Assembly (NCBI GenBank): GCA_965217865.1
Contig: CBDCJO010000002.1
Location: forward strand, 4,544,001 to 4,608,000
Direction: 5' to 3'
From: Candidatus Latescibacterota bacterium
GTDB lineage: Bacteria > Latescibacterota > UBA2968 > SICM01
DNA: 64,000 bases
The translations under genes and the position numbers were made by a program. The notes beneath the pieces are model-generated. The model was not told the origin of the DNA. It saw nothing but the letters and a program-made list of their open reading frames with translations, and did not search any database. This document shows, piece after piece, positions 10,568 to 21,080 of the stretch. The stretch's first letter is position 1; every line of letters starts with the position of its first letter.

Positions 10568-11355
10568 CCTCCTTGAACAACCAACCGGCGCGTACCCCGT
10601 GCCAACAGGCGGTGACCCAGTAGGATCAGCCCGAGGGACCAGGCGACCTGGTGCGCGAGCACGGATGCGGCCTGAGAAGGCGGAATGTGTCCTGAATAGA
10701 GACGGAAGGGTAGATCCACGAGACCCCGGAAGGGCATGAACGCGATGATGGTCTGGGCCCAGTCCGGGAAGAATGGCAGCGGAACGAGCATCCCCGAAAG
10801 CACCCATAGGGCACTGGGAAGAAGATGCTGGACTCCGTCTCCCGAGATCGTCCACAGGAGGGAGATGTTGATCAGAGTCGACAAGGCGCAGCTCAAAAGA
10901 AGCGCTCCTGCGCTTGCGACAATCCAGGCAATTCCAGCGGACCAGGAGTCCGGGGGCTGAAGGCCCAGGAATACGCCTGCCACCAGGAACAGGGGGAGGG
11001 CGCGCAGGAGTGTGGGTGCGGTTCTGTTGGCCAAGGACCGGGTGAACCAGTAGGCGTAGAGACCCACGGGCCGCAGAAGCTCATACACGACTGTGCCCTC
11101 GCGAACCATGGTGCGTCTATCCCTGTCAGCGTTCCAGGGAAGCATTCCGAACAGGGCCTGCCCGAGCCAGATGTAGGTGACGACGTCCGGATAGGCCATC
11201 GGCTGGGTGGCCGATGACGAACGGTAGAAGGCATCGAAAATCATCACGCGTATGAGCCCCCAGAAAAGCTGGGTGCCGCATCCGGCGATCGCCGCACCCC
11301 GATACTGAAGGAGGGTCCGAAACCTTGTGCTCACGAGTGACCAGTAGGATTTCAT
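10564..11355 (-). CDS. ABC-2 family transporter permease
   Basis: Multi-TM; YELLRPV, SGMLVPLPFFPDW, C-terminal VVQGG. Confidence 0.9.
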   Translation of the reverse strand: MKSYWSLVSTRFRTLLQYRGAAIAGCGTQLFWGLIRVMIFDAFYRSSSATQPMAYPDVVTYIWLGQALFGMLPWNADRDRRTMVREGTVVYELLRPVGLYAYWFTRSLANRTAPTLLRALPLFLVAGVFLGLQPPDSWSAGIAWIVASAGALLLSCALSTLINISLLWTISGDGVQHLLPSALWVLSGMLVPLPFFPDWAQTIIAFMPFRGLVDLPFRLYSGHIPPSQAASVLAHQVAWSLGLILLGHRLLARGTRRLVVQGG

Positions 11356-12335
11356 CCTTTTTCCTCTTCATAAAGACGTGCGATGATCTCCTCGATCGGG
11401 GGGTTCTCCACGAAGAGATCCTGAATCGCATAGTTCGCCGCGATTCGACCGATCAAGGCCGCTGCGGAGACGCGACATGGGTCGAAACTCAGGTGAACCC
11501 GGTGGCCCTCCCGGCGGATCACGCTTGCGTCCGGGTCAACGATTTGCTGGCTTTCGTCGACGAGGTCCACGGTCAGCCATCTCTCCCGGGTGACTCGCGA
11601 CCGGAGGTCCTCCAGCGTGCCGTCGGAGAGGACTTTTCCCCCGCTGATCACGAGGACCCGTTCGCAAAGGGTTTCGATATCGTCCATGTCGTGCGTCGTT
11701 AGGATCACGGTGACGCCGCGCTCTCGGTTGAGCTTCTTGATGAAGTCCCGCACCGCGAGCTTGGACACGGCGTCCAGGCCGATCGTGGGTTCGTCCAGGA
11801 ACAGGAGTGTGGGCGCGTGCAGAAGGGAGGCGGCCAGGTCGCAGCGCATCCGCTGTCCGAGGCTGAGCTGGCGCACCGGGACGTTCAGGAGGGGTTCCAG
11901 GTTCAGCAAGGCGATCAGCTCGTCTCGCGCCCGGACGTATTGACCTTGGGATACGCGATACACGTCGCGGAGCAGGTCGAACGATTCGATGACGGGAAGG
12001 TCCCACCAGAGCTGTGTTCGCTGACCGAAGACCACGCCGATCTCCCTCACGGTCGGGATCCGTTCCTTCCACGGTGTTCTGCCCAGGACCTCGCAGCGGC
12101 CCGAATCGGGAACCAGGATTCCGGAAAGCACTTTCACGGTTGTGGACTTCCCCGCTCCGTTCGGACCGATGTAACCGACCAGCTCCCCGGGGTTCAGGGA
12201 AAAGGAGACCCGGTCGAGGGCGCAGACCACACGATGGCGACGATGGACCACACCCCGAATCGCCCCCCACATACCCGGATTCCTTTCCGGGATGCGGAAG
12301 GTTTTGACAAGGTCTTCGACGAGGATGAGTGACAT
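11352..12335 (-). CDS. ABC transporter ATP-binding protein
   Basis: Walker A GPNGAGKST, LSLGQRMR signature, LFLDEPT. Confidence 0.95.
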   Translation of the reverse strand: MSLILVEDLVKTFRIPERNPGMWGAIRGVVHRRHRVVCALDRVSFSLNPGELVGYIGPNGAGKSTTVKVLSGILVPDSGRCEVLGRTPWKERIPTVREIGVVFGQRTQLWWDLPVIESFDLLRDVYRVSQGQYVRARDELIALLNLEPLLNVPVRQLSLGQRMRCDLAASLLHAPTLLFLDEPTIGLDAVSKLAVRDFIKKLNRERGVTVILTTHDMDDIETLCERVLVISGGKVLSDGTLEDLRSRVTRERWLTVDLVDESQQIVDPDASVIRREGHRVHLSFDPCRVSAAALIGRIAANYAIQDLFVENPPIEEIIARLYEEEKG

Positions 12336-12528
12336 TGCGTTCCTTTCTTTGCAACACGTTAGAATGGGTCTCCGTCTGGAGACGGCCCTTAACGATTCAT
12401 GTCCTTCCTATCGAGGCCTTTGTTTCTCTCAACCGCAACCAAAAAAAGTCCCAGTACCTTACAGTTGAAATTTCTGGAATGCACAATGATATTTTGGTAT
12501 GCCGTTGTGCCCTCTCACCCCGACCCAG

Positions 12529-12562
12529 ACCCACCCCTAAATCCCCTCCAAGGAGGGGACTT
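12529..12562. repeat. REP-like palindromic element
   Basis: ACCCACCCCTAAATCCCCTCCAAGGAGGGGACTT; hairpin TCCCCTCC/GGAGGGGA. Confidence 0.45.
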
Positions 12563-12891
12563 CACCAATCCCTTGGTGCCCCGGATGACTTAAGCCGGGG
12601 CGGGGTGGGTCATATCCCATTCTCATCTATCCAATTCCGAATCCCATGCACCACACCTTCGAGATTCTGCTTAACATCACCGGCAGTCTCTGAGGTAATG
12701 CGTCTATCTGGGGATCTTTCTCAGACCCACCCCTATCGCGGGCTTCGTTTCACCCAGCCGCAACAAAAAATATGTAAGCATCTTGCGTAGAAGTTGTAAC
12801 GTTAGACTCTATATTTCTAATCCCCAAACCGCATTCTACAATCCCAAATGATAATCCGGCGGTCCCCTGATTCGGTCGGGACCTGCCGGAC

Positions 12892-13128
12892 AAAAAACAA
12901 AAAACCCGCCGTCGATTTGATCTCGACCGCGGGTAGTAGCCAACGTACCGGACTCACCCTCGAAGGGGCGTCCAAGTTTAAGCTTCCAGGGCAGCTTAAG
13001 CTCAACCTGGAAGCCTAGTATTACCGGTATTGTGTCTCTGGGTCTCTTCAGGTGCAGGTTCAATCCCCCTCTCTAAAATCGGATTGTTCCTCGGAGTTAA
13101 ATATAGGTATCACGGCTACGGGGGTCAA
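12892..13128 (-). ncRNA. Candidate structured ncRNA or attenuator leader with own promoter and intrinsic terminator
   Basis: TTGACC(13128-13123)-17-TATATT(13105-13100); internal hairpins GGCTTCCAGG/CCTGGAAGCT and a GCCC/GGGT stem with a CUUCGA loop; terminator stem 12904-12934 plus U tract. Confidence 0.45.
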
Positions 13129-13146
13129 GTAAAATTTAGAACTTCC

Positions 13147-14927
13147 TCAAACCCCCGAAACGGACGCGCGAATGACGGCCTTTCCCTTTTTGAGTCCTCT
13201 GACGAGGCCGGCCTGGGTGACAAAGGCAATCGTTGGGTCACTGCTCTCCCACACAAACTTGCCATTGGATTTGACGGTAAACGATGCTTTGTCTCCGACA
13301 GGGAGGAAATAGGGCCAATCCATCTCTCTTTTCCTGATCTTCTTTTTCAGTTCACTTGGTGTGGGTCCCCCAAATATTTTCAGGACATCTTTGTGGACGT
13401 AGATTTTCGCCCCCGTCCGCATGGCCAGAGCGATGGAATCGCTGGGCCGGGCGTCGAGCCGTTTCACAGTCTTCTTCCTGCGGAAGGCGTTGAAGGCAAA
13501 AAAGGTACTTTTGTGGCATAAATCGATAATCGTCTCTTCGTGTGTGATTTCAAACCCGTCCAAAATCGCTTTCAACAGATCGTGCGGCCAGTCCCGGGCC
13601 GGACCGTTTTTCTCAGTTTTCCTTCAGGCGCTCCCGACAGGTTTATCGGAAGTGCGGCCGCACAGGCCCTCCCTTCATAATTGCCAATAGCAATGGGCAG
13701 GTGAATCCTTTGTGCCCTGTCCGACAACCAGATTAAGGGGTCTGGTCTATCTGTTTGCATAGAGAATCCGATCGGATAAACATGCATGAGTTTCCGTCGG
13801 TCCGACAGGCCGCGAATTCGCGCTCGTTCACTGGGGGGGTTCCAATCATCACGCGACTTCCCCCCCTTTCTTCGTTTCGGGGTCACGTAAATTTTAAACC
13901 GGACCTCTTCAATTTGGCCGCCGGTGCGGCGGACCGTTGCGCAGGATGACGCTTCGCCGAGCTGGATCATCGCGGACTGTTTTGTGGTTTCTTCGAGGAG
14001 CCTTTGGTCCACGTAAACCGGTGCGTCGAAACGGACCGCCATAGCAAGTGCGTCACCGGGATCAGCTTCGTGGGTTACGGAGTGATTGCCCCTGCTGAAT
14101 GTTGTTTCCGCACAAAAGCGCTTTCTCACCTTTGTTATGCCGATGCCGTCCAGAATAATTCCAAATGCGTCGCAGATCCTCTGGAACATATCGTAAGTGA
14201 TTGGACGAGGGGGTGGATCCTTATGGCGAGACAAGTAAAAGTATATCCCGGCACCCTGAAAGCCGCTGATTTCAACAGGAAAGCCCCGACGTTTGTGGTC
14301 GTGAAGGTAAAGTGAACTGGTGAATGGCTGGTTGACCCAGTCGACCACGACTTTTCGGAAGTTTGACGGGAGTTTGTTGGCGTCGAACATGTCACGGGCC
14401 ATGTCGATCATCTCCTTTTTGAGCTTTCTGCGGGCGTCGGAAAGCCGGCGCTTGACCGTGCCGACCGGGACGTCGAGAAAGTCTCCGACTTCGTCGCAGG
14501 TGTAGCCGTTGATATAATAGAGTGTAACGGTTTCGCGGTGAATGTCCGAAAGGGAGGCGATCGCCCCCTGGATGCGCCGGTGAAGGGCTCTACGGTCGTG
14601 CTCATCAGCGGAATGGGAATTACCGGGTGTTACTCCGTCCAGGGGGATGGTTTCACGGCGATTCCGGATCAAGTCCCGGGAGATGTTCAGGGTGATGGTA
14701 TAGAGCCAGCTTGGGAACCGATCGGGTGAGTTCAGCCCATCCAGCCGGCGGTAGGCCTGAACAAATGCCTCCTGGGCTATGTCCTGGGCGTCGTGAAAGT
14801 TGCCGACCTGAGCGTACGCGGCCCCATAGACGGCGTCCTGATATCGGTCGACCAGCCCGCCGAAGGCCGCTGTGTCTCCTGTCAGCGTCCGTCGAATCAA
14901 GTCCGGATCGGGGTCGGAAGGGATCAT
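13147..14927 (-). CDS. ECF sigma factor fused to two DUF151 (bifunctional nuclease-like) domains and a C-terminal Ig-like segment; frameshift near 13590-13625
   Basis: sigma2/sigma4 motifs; PPRPITYDM...ADPGDALAMAVRFDAPVYV; second copy LPIAIGNYEG...(HDL)LKAIL...LDARPSDSIALAMRTGAKIYV split across ORFs 13572-14927 and 13147-13575. Confidence 0.75.
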
Positions 14928-15168
14928 AACGATGATCGTTATCTGTCCGTTGAAGGCTTATTGTATAGACGTAAAGTATGGTGAGAAAGGTTCAGTCCCA
15001 AAGCAAAAAAATCGTCGTTGAATGCAAGTCGGCGCTGTGGGATCGCCCGGGGCCTCGCGGGTCGTAATCGGTTAACCGATGCCGTTGACCCCTCTATTGC
15101 GGCCTTCGTATCGCTCAGCTTGAACCACCTCGATCCGGAAGGCGCTATAATTTTTGGAACGTCGTGCT

Positions 15169-15229
15169 CCCTCACCCCGCCTCGCAAGCTCGGCACCCCT
15201 CTCCCGGGTGCCGGGAGAGGGGATGAGGG
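15169..15229. repeat. REP-like palindromic element
   Basis: CCCTCACCCC...CCCCTCTCCCGG/CCGGGAGAGGGG...TGAGGG nested inverted repeat. Confidence 0.5.
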
Positions 15230-15247
15230 CGTCCAGGAGATCGATAG

Positions 15248-15278
15248 CAAAAAGGCCAGGAGTTAAAACTCCTGGCCT
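15248..15278 (-). terminator. Intrinsic terminator
   Basis: AGGCCAGGAGT/ACTCCTGGCCT stem followed by a T run on the minus strand, downstream of ORF ending at 15307. Confidence 0.7.
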
Positions 15279-15306
15279 GAAATATTTCCCTTCAAACCTG
15301 ATGGGC

Positions 15307-15874
15307 TTAACGACTCAGGAACATTGTATTCGATTCAGTCTTCATCCACGTTCCATCGTTAAATATCCATTCATGAACCTCAACCCTTCCGGGGAAATCT
15401 TTCACCATCCTGAGAAGCTCTTCTTCGGAAGGCAGTTTTTCCTTTCGGCCTCCGTGGGTTTCGTAATCCGAAACCAGCTTTGCTTTTGTTTGAGGGGCCA
15501 ATCGCCGCACCCGGACACTGACGAACCTGGAATCGTTGCGTTGTTCAACGTTAAAGACCTCAATGATTTCGGAACCGCGGTTTGACCATATTCTTCCGGT
15601 ATACATCCCCGGATCGATCCGGATAACCTGAGTGTTCATCTTTTCGATCACGCTCAGAACGCGCTTCAACCTCACAGACTCCGGATATCGCTTCAGAGAA
15701 CGGAAATCTGTCATAGAGGCCCGTTCGATCCACGAACTGAACGCGTTGACATAGTTGTGGTTCCGGGTAATATGCAACAATTTCCGGGGATTCTCCGTCG
15801 GTGGTTCCTCCGGATGTCTTCGAGAAAACGAGGATTAAAAGGAGGAGGGGGAATACGGATTTTGGCTTTATCAT
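15307..15874 (-). pseudogene. Secreted hypothetical protein split by a frameshift near 15790
   Basis: Signal-peptide ORF 15560-15874 (MIKPKSVFPLLLLILVF) overlaps ORF 15307-15780 in another frame. Confidence 0.45.
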
Positions 15875-16243
15875 TTTTTTCAGAAGTAAGAATGAAATAA
15901 GGATGATTGTTTGTGTAAGGACGTTCCAGCCTCTTACATGGTTTCAAACAAAGTTCGGATTTCGATTTTTACCCTCGATCTAGACCCGCGTCGCGAGACT
16001 GATTTTAAGCCCTCAGCCTTTTGATGAGGTGCGATTAATATAAAAGAGGGGCTGCCGCAAAGCAGTCCCTCTTTTAATCTCCCTGTAATTAACATACAAA
16101 AATTTCTCTCAAAAGTCAAGTTAAATAGTCATATAAGCTATAAATAAATCAATCACTTATAGTAATTTTCTTGTTGACTTTGCCGTTCTTTTTGACTATT
16201 TTAATTCTTTCTGAAGATTCAAGTTTAGACCAGGTCAGTTAAA

Positions 16244-18472
16244 ATGGTAAAAATAGCTGTAAATAAAGAAGATATGGACATTGAGGCCAGAGTCGAGGCG
16301 TACCTCGGGCCGGATGAGCGGCTTCTTCTCCTAACGGATTCGGATATCCAGGAGGACGGCTCTTTCGGTCAGAGGTGGCTGGCGGTCACCAGTGAACGGA
16401 TTATGACGGTTTCCCAGGATGGAAAAATCGATCCTCCGGATTCCGGCCTGCGGTTGGAAAATTTGAAAAGTGTGAACGCCACGCCCCTCGTTGGCCAGAT
16501 CGCCCTCGAGTTGGAAACGGACCATCGTAAGGTCGAGTTGATGCGATGCACGAATTCCCTGTCGGGTAAATTCGGCAGGATTGCCAAATCATTAACGGAG
16601 GCGTGTAAAGACGGGGAGGACCCTGTCTTCGACCTGGAGGAGGAGGAGGTAAAGCGGTGTCCGGAATGCGGCCGGTTACTTCCCGAGGCTGGGGGATTTT
16701 GTCCGTCCTGCCTGAAGAAGGGCAAGGTGTTGGCGCGATTTTGGAAATACATGAAACCGCACTGGCCCAAAGCGGGTCTGGTCAGCCTGTGCATCATTCT
16801 CGGAACGGTCCTCGCGTTGGCCCCTCCCTATCTGATCAAGATCCTGGTTGATGATGTGCTGATGGGTGAAGGGGGAACGACTCTCCTTCTAATTCTGGTC
16901 GGCGGCCTGGTTGGATTGCACCTTGCGTCGACGTTGTTGGGAATCGTCCGGGGTAGACTGTCTGCTTGGCTGGGTTCGCGCATCGTACATGACCTGCGAT
17001 TCGAATTCTATCAGGCTATCCAGGGTTTGAGTCTGCGAAGGTTCGATAAAACCCAGACGGGTTCGCTGATGTCAAGGCTAACAGGCGATACCGGGATGCT
17101 GAATTTTATCTTCGCGGATCTCGGAACCCTGATCATCCCCAACCTCCTGCAGCTGGTGGGTATCTGTGTGATGCTGTTCGTGTTGAACTGGAAGCTTGCG
17201 CTGTTGGTTTTGATCCCCACGCCGGGGGTGGCGCTAACAAGCCTCTGGTTTTACCGCAGGCTCCGTGGAACCTACCACCGGGTGTGGCAGCGGCGTGCCA
17301 AGATGAGCGCCCGGGCGAATGATACCATCTCGGGTATACGGATTGTGAAGGCCTTTACCCAGGAGCCTTCGGAGATCCGGCAATTCGGGGACAGGAGCGT
17401 AGAGGTGTATCAGGCAATGGCCAAGGCGGAGAGCATGTTCGGGACCGCCTTTCCGATCATCTCATTCGTGACGATGCTGGGGAGTTTCCTGGTGTGGTAC
17501 TTCGGCGGGCTGGGGGTGATGGACGGTGATCTTAGCTTCGGGACCCTGATGGCCTTTCTCGCATATCTGGGCATGTTTTATGGTCCCCTCCAGATGTTGA
17601 TACGATTCAGCGACTTTATGAATCGTGCCTTTACAGCAGCTCAGCGGCTTTTCGAGATAACCGACTCGGATCAGGAGGTCTACGAAGATCCAGAGGCGCA
17701 GTCCCTGGATGCACCTCCGATGGGTGCCTTCCGGTTTGAGAATGTCGAGTTCGGATACATCAAGAGCAACCCTGTGTTGAAAGGGGTGGATGTGGAGGTG
17801 CAGGCCGGGGAGATGATCGGTCTTGTGGGTAAGTCCGGCGCGGGGAAGACGACCCTGACCAATCTGATCTGCCGGTTCTACGATGTGGATGCGGGGACTA
17901 TCTTCCTGGACGGAGTGGATATTCGAAAGATCAAGCTGAGGGACCTTCGCAGGCACATTGGTATCGTACCGCAGGAATCCTTTTTGTTCAATGGCACGAT
18001 AACTGAAAATATCGGATATGCCAGACCGGAAGCCAAGAAGGAGGAGGTTATCCGGGCGGCGATTGCAGCCAATGCCCACGGGTTTATCATGCGCTTTCCG
18101 GATGGGTATGACACGCGGGTCGGCGAGCGGGGGGCACGGCTCTCGGGCGGGGAAAAGCAGCGGATTGCGATTGCCCGCGCCATCCTGCACAATCCGAGGA
18201 TTCTTATCCTCGATGAAGCCACATCCTCTGTAGACACAGAGACCGAAGAGCTGATTCACGAGGCCTTGATACGCCTGGTGAAGGGGCGAACCACTTTCGC
18301 GATCGCCCATCGGCTTTCCACCTTGAGGAACGCGAACCGGCTTCTGGTTGTCGAGGATGGGAAAAAAGCGGAATTCGGCACCCACGAAGAGCTTTTGGAC
18401 CAGAAAGGCATATACCATAAGCTGGTCGAGATGCAGTCCAGACTGGCTGCTATCACGGTCGTCGGAGGATAG
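16244..18472 (+). CDS. ABC exporter, fused permease/ATPase with N-terminal Zn-ribbon extension
   Basis: CPECG...CPSC, TMD, GKSGAGKT, LSGGEKQR, ILDEATSSVD. Confidence 0.93.
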   Translation: MVKIAVNKEDMDIEARVEAYLGPDERLLLLTDSDIQEDGSFGQRWLAVTSERIMTVSQDGKIDPPDSGLRLENLKSVNATPLVGQIALELETDHRKVELMRCTNSLSGKFGRIAKSLTEACKDGEDPVFDLEEEEVKRCPECGRLLPEAGGFCPSCLKKGKVLARFWKYMKPHWPKAGLVSLCIILGTVLALAPPYLIKILVDDVLMGEGGTTLLLILVGGLVGLHLASTLLGIVRGRLSAWLGSRIVHDLRFEFYQAIQGLSLRRFDKTQTGSLMSRLTGDTGMLNFIFADLGTLIIPNLLQLVGICVMLFVLNWKLALLVLIPTPGVALTSLWFYRRLRGTYHRVWQRRAKMSARANDTISGIRIVKAFTQEPSEIRQFGDRSVEVYQAMAKAESMFGTAFPIISFVTMLGSFLVWYFGGLGVMDGDLSFGTLMAFLAYLGMFYGPLQMLIRFSDFMNRAFTAAQRLFEITDSDQEVYEDPEAQSLDAPPMGAFRFENVEFGYIKSNPVLKGVDVEVQAGEMIGLVGKSGAGKTTLTNLICRFYDVDAGTIFLDGVDIRKIKLRDLRRHIGIVPQESFLFNGTITENIGYARPEAKKEEVIRAAIAANAHGFIMRFPDGYDTRVGERGARLSGGEKQRIAIARAILHNPRILILDEATSSVDTETEELIHEALIRLVKGRTTFAIAHRLSTLRNANRLLVVEDGKKAEFGTHEELLDQKGIYHKLVEMQSRLAAITVVGG

Positions 18473-18660
18473 GGAAAGGCAGTAGCAGTGGCAGGTGGCA
18501 GTAGCAGGAAAACCGTGAGACGTCAGAGGTGAGACGGGGGAAAGCAGTTGCAGGTGCCAGCAGAAGGAAAGGCAGGGGCCAGAGGTCGGAGGTCAGAGGC
18601 CAGGGAGTCAAAACCGCTAGTCAGAAGTTGGAGATCGGGAAGGCGATAGGGAAAAACCGG
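18473..18660 (+). repeat. Purine-rich hexamer/heptamer mosaic repeat tract
   Basis: GCAGTA/GCAGTG, GTGAGAC and GAGGTCA/GAGGCCA units. Confidence 0.7.
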
Positions 18661-18661
18661 G

Positions 18662-19200
18662 ATGGAAGAAAAAACGCCTGAAGGGATCGACTCCGCTGTT
18701 AAGGAACCGGATTACGAGTTCCTGGATCCGAAAAAAAAAAGCTCCGTCTGTTTCGGGCTGGCTCCGGCCGGCTCAGGCTTACAGTTGAGGGAGACCGTTC
18801 CTACCCGGAAGTGAAGGTCGTACGGGCATTTCCTCTCTCCGACTCCGACCATTACATCGGTTTTCTGGACAGGAAGGACAGGGTCATCGGGCTGGTGATC
18901 GATATTAAAGAATTTGAGCCCGACCCAGGAAAGATCGTCGTTGAGGAACTGGATCGACGTTACTTCACCCCCGACATCGAGCGGATCTACAGCTTAAAAG
19001 AGGAATTCGGCGTGATCTATTTCGATGCGGAGACGAACTATGGAAGAAGGCAGTTTGTAGCAAAGGGGATCAGGGATTCGATGGAGGAAATGGGGGACGG
19101 AGAATTGTTGTTAGCGGATGTGGACGGGAATCGCTATAGAATTATAGATTGGCGTCGGATGGATGTTCGATCCAGGATGCTGCTGGAAAGAATCGTGTGA
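18662..19200 (+). CDS. DUF1854 family protein; frameshift in A10 run at 18731-18740
   Basis: MEEKTP...FLDPK then LRLFRAGSGRLRLTV...VVRAFPLSD...ELDRRYFTP...DVDGNRY; lies downstream of the ABC exporter. Confidence 0.75.
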
Positions 19201-19442
19201 GTCTTTTTGAAAGAGAATTCTTCCTCAAATAACTCCCTATTTTTAGCCTTTTGGATAAGTTTTTTCTCTTGTTATATTAAGACAAATTAGATATATTGTC
19301 CGCTGACTGGCCTGGGGAAAAAACAATAAACTAAAGCAGGGAAGCAGCACCAGTCTATAAGTCGCCTGCTTATACTTTCGGTCTGATCGAAGGTATGGGC
19401 GGGCGTCTTTTTTTTCCGTCCTCGTCTCTTTATGAGCCCACT

Positions 19443-20261
19443 ATGAGCAGATTCGGAGGCTATGAAGACCAGCCTTTCTTGGCTGAGCTTTACGACAGCG
19501 TCCCGGGCTACTCCGGCCGGCGGGATCTCGAGTTCTACGTCAACTTCTGTCGTTCGGCAAATGGCAAAGTTCTGGAACTTGGATGCGGTACCGGGAGGGT
19601 ACTGATTCCGGCTGCCGTTGCCGGAACCGATATCGTGGGGTTGGACCTCTCCCCTTACATGCTGGCTAAGTGCAAGGAGAAGCTGTCCGCACAACCGGAA
19701 GCGGTGCGGAGTCGTGTGAGGGTCCTTCAAGGCGACATGACGGACTTTCACCTGGAAGACAGGTTTTCCCAGGTGATCATTCCGTTCCGGCCTTTCCAGC
19801 ATCTGGTGAACCTTGAGGACCAGCTCGGATGTTTGAGGTGCGCCAACGCTCATCTGAACATGGGAGGCAGGATCGCATTCGACCTTTTCCAGGTCAATTT
19901 CCGAAAGATCGCCGATCCCGGGAGAATGGAGGAACAGGAGGACCTGCCCGAGTTTGAACTCCCGGACGGCCGAAAGCTTCGCCGCTGCAACCGGGTCACC
20001 GCCACGCATCGGTCCGAGCAGTATAATGATGTCGAGTTGATCTACTACCTTACGGGTACTGACGGGATGGTTCAGCGTCTTGTACAGACTTTTCCCTTCC
20101 GCTACTTCTTCCGGTACGAAGTCGAGCACCTCTTAGCTCGATGCGGGTTCAGCATTTTGGAGCTTCATGGCGACTTCGACGGGTTGCCCCTGGAGGAAAA
20201 TTCGCCGGAGATGATTTTTATTGCCGAGAAGATAGAAAATGTCGTTCAGGATGGTAAATGA
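19443..20261 (+). CDS. Class I SAM-dependent methyltransferase
   Basis: VLELGCGTGR, GLDLSPYML, GDMTDF. Confidence 0.9.
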   Translation: MSRFGGYEDQPFLAELYDSVPGYSGRRDLEFYVNFCRSANGKVLELGCGTGRVLIPAAVAGTDIVGLDLSPYMLAKCKEKLSAQPEAVRSRVRVLQGDMTDFHLEDRFSQVIIPFRPFQHLVNLEDQLGCLRCANAHLNMGGRIAFDLFQVNFRKIADPGRMEEQEDLPEFELPDGRKLRRCNRVTATHRSEQYNDVELIYYLTGTDGMVQRLVQTFPFRYFFRYEVEHLLARCGFSILELHGDFDGLPLEENSPEMIFIAEKIENVVQDGK

Positions 20262-20362
20262 CGGAAACGTCTTCGATAGGGAGCGTCGAAATCGTGAAGG
20301 TATAGTTGGGCGTCTATTTCATTTGTTATCCATCTCTTGATTGAGTGGAGACAGTATGGCCA

Positions 20363-21070
20363 ATGACTGAGCCTATTTACCGGTATACCGGGGCTGACCA
20401 TCCACAAGCTTATGAGTACTTGAATGTATGTACGGATCCCGACCAACTGGTAGAAAAGCTGATGTGGAATATCGCTCCCTGGGCCGGCCGGGTGTTGCTC
20501 GATCTTGGCGCGGGATCCGGCTTCCACGTTCCAAGGTTTTCCGAGAAGGCCGATCGTGTCATTGCCGTTGAGCCCGACCCGAAACTCCGACAACAGATGT
20601 TAATGCGCTTTAAGCAGGATTCTACAGCCAGGGTAAACGTGATAGCGGGGTCGGCCGAGTCGATATCCCTCAGGGATAACAGCATTGATGTCGCTCAAGC
20701 AAGGTACGCCTACTTTTTCGGTACTGATGATTGTCTTCCGGGGATCTCTGAAGTCAGGCGCGTTATGAAACCCGGCTCCCACTTCTTTATCGTGGATGTT
20801 ATTCCGGGATACGGGAAATGGGGTGAAATTGCCAGAGAGGCTTATCCGAAGGTGTTCACGCACGACTACCATCAAAAACATTCTTCCTTTTTCACACGTA
20901 ACGGCTTTACGACTCACGAATTGGAGGCGGTGTTTCGGGCCCCAAGTAAAGAAATTATGCGAAAAGTTTTTGAAATGGATTTCCCGCACAAGGCCGAAGC
21001 GTTTATTGAAAAAGTGGATGCTCTTGAATTAGGGTATGGAATCGCAGTCTATCATACCCAAAAAGAATAG
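20363..21070 (+). CDS. Class I SAM-dependent methyltransferase
   Basis: LLDLGAGSGFH, AVEPD, GSAESI. Confidence 0.88.
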   Translation: MTEPIYRYTGADHPQAYEYLNVCTDPDQLVEKLMWNIAPWAGRVLLDLGAGSGFHVPRFSEKADRVIAVEPDPKLRQQMLMRFKQDSTARVNVIAGSAESISLRDNSIDVAQARYAYFFGTDDCLPGISEVRRVMKPGSHFFIVDVIPGYGKWGEIAREAYPKVFTHDYHQKHSSFFTRNGFTTHELEAVFRAPSKEIMRKVFEMDFPHKAEAFIEKVDALELGYGIAVYHTQKE

Positions 21071-21080
21071 TCAACTTGTA

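Noticed and set aside
12940-13100. 6S RNA on the + strand (GGTTCAA...CTCGGAG resembles the E. coli 6S 3' end)
   Set aside because: No complementary 5' arm to form the long rod, and promoter and terminator both point to the minus strand
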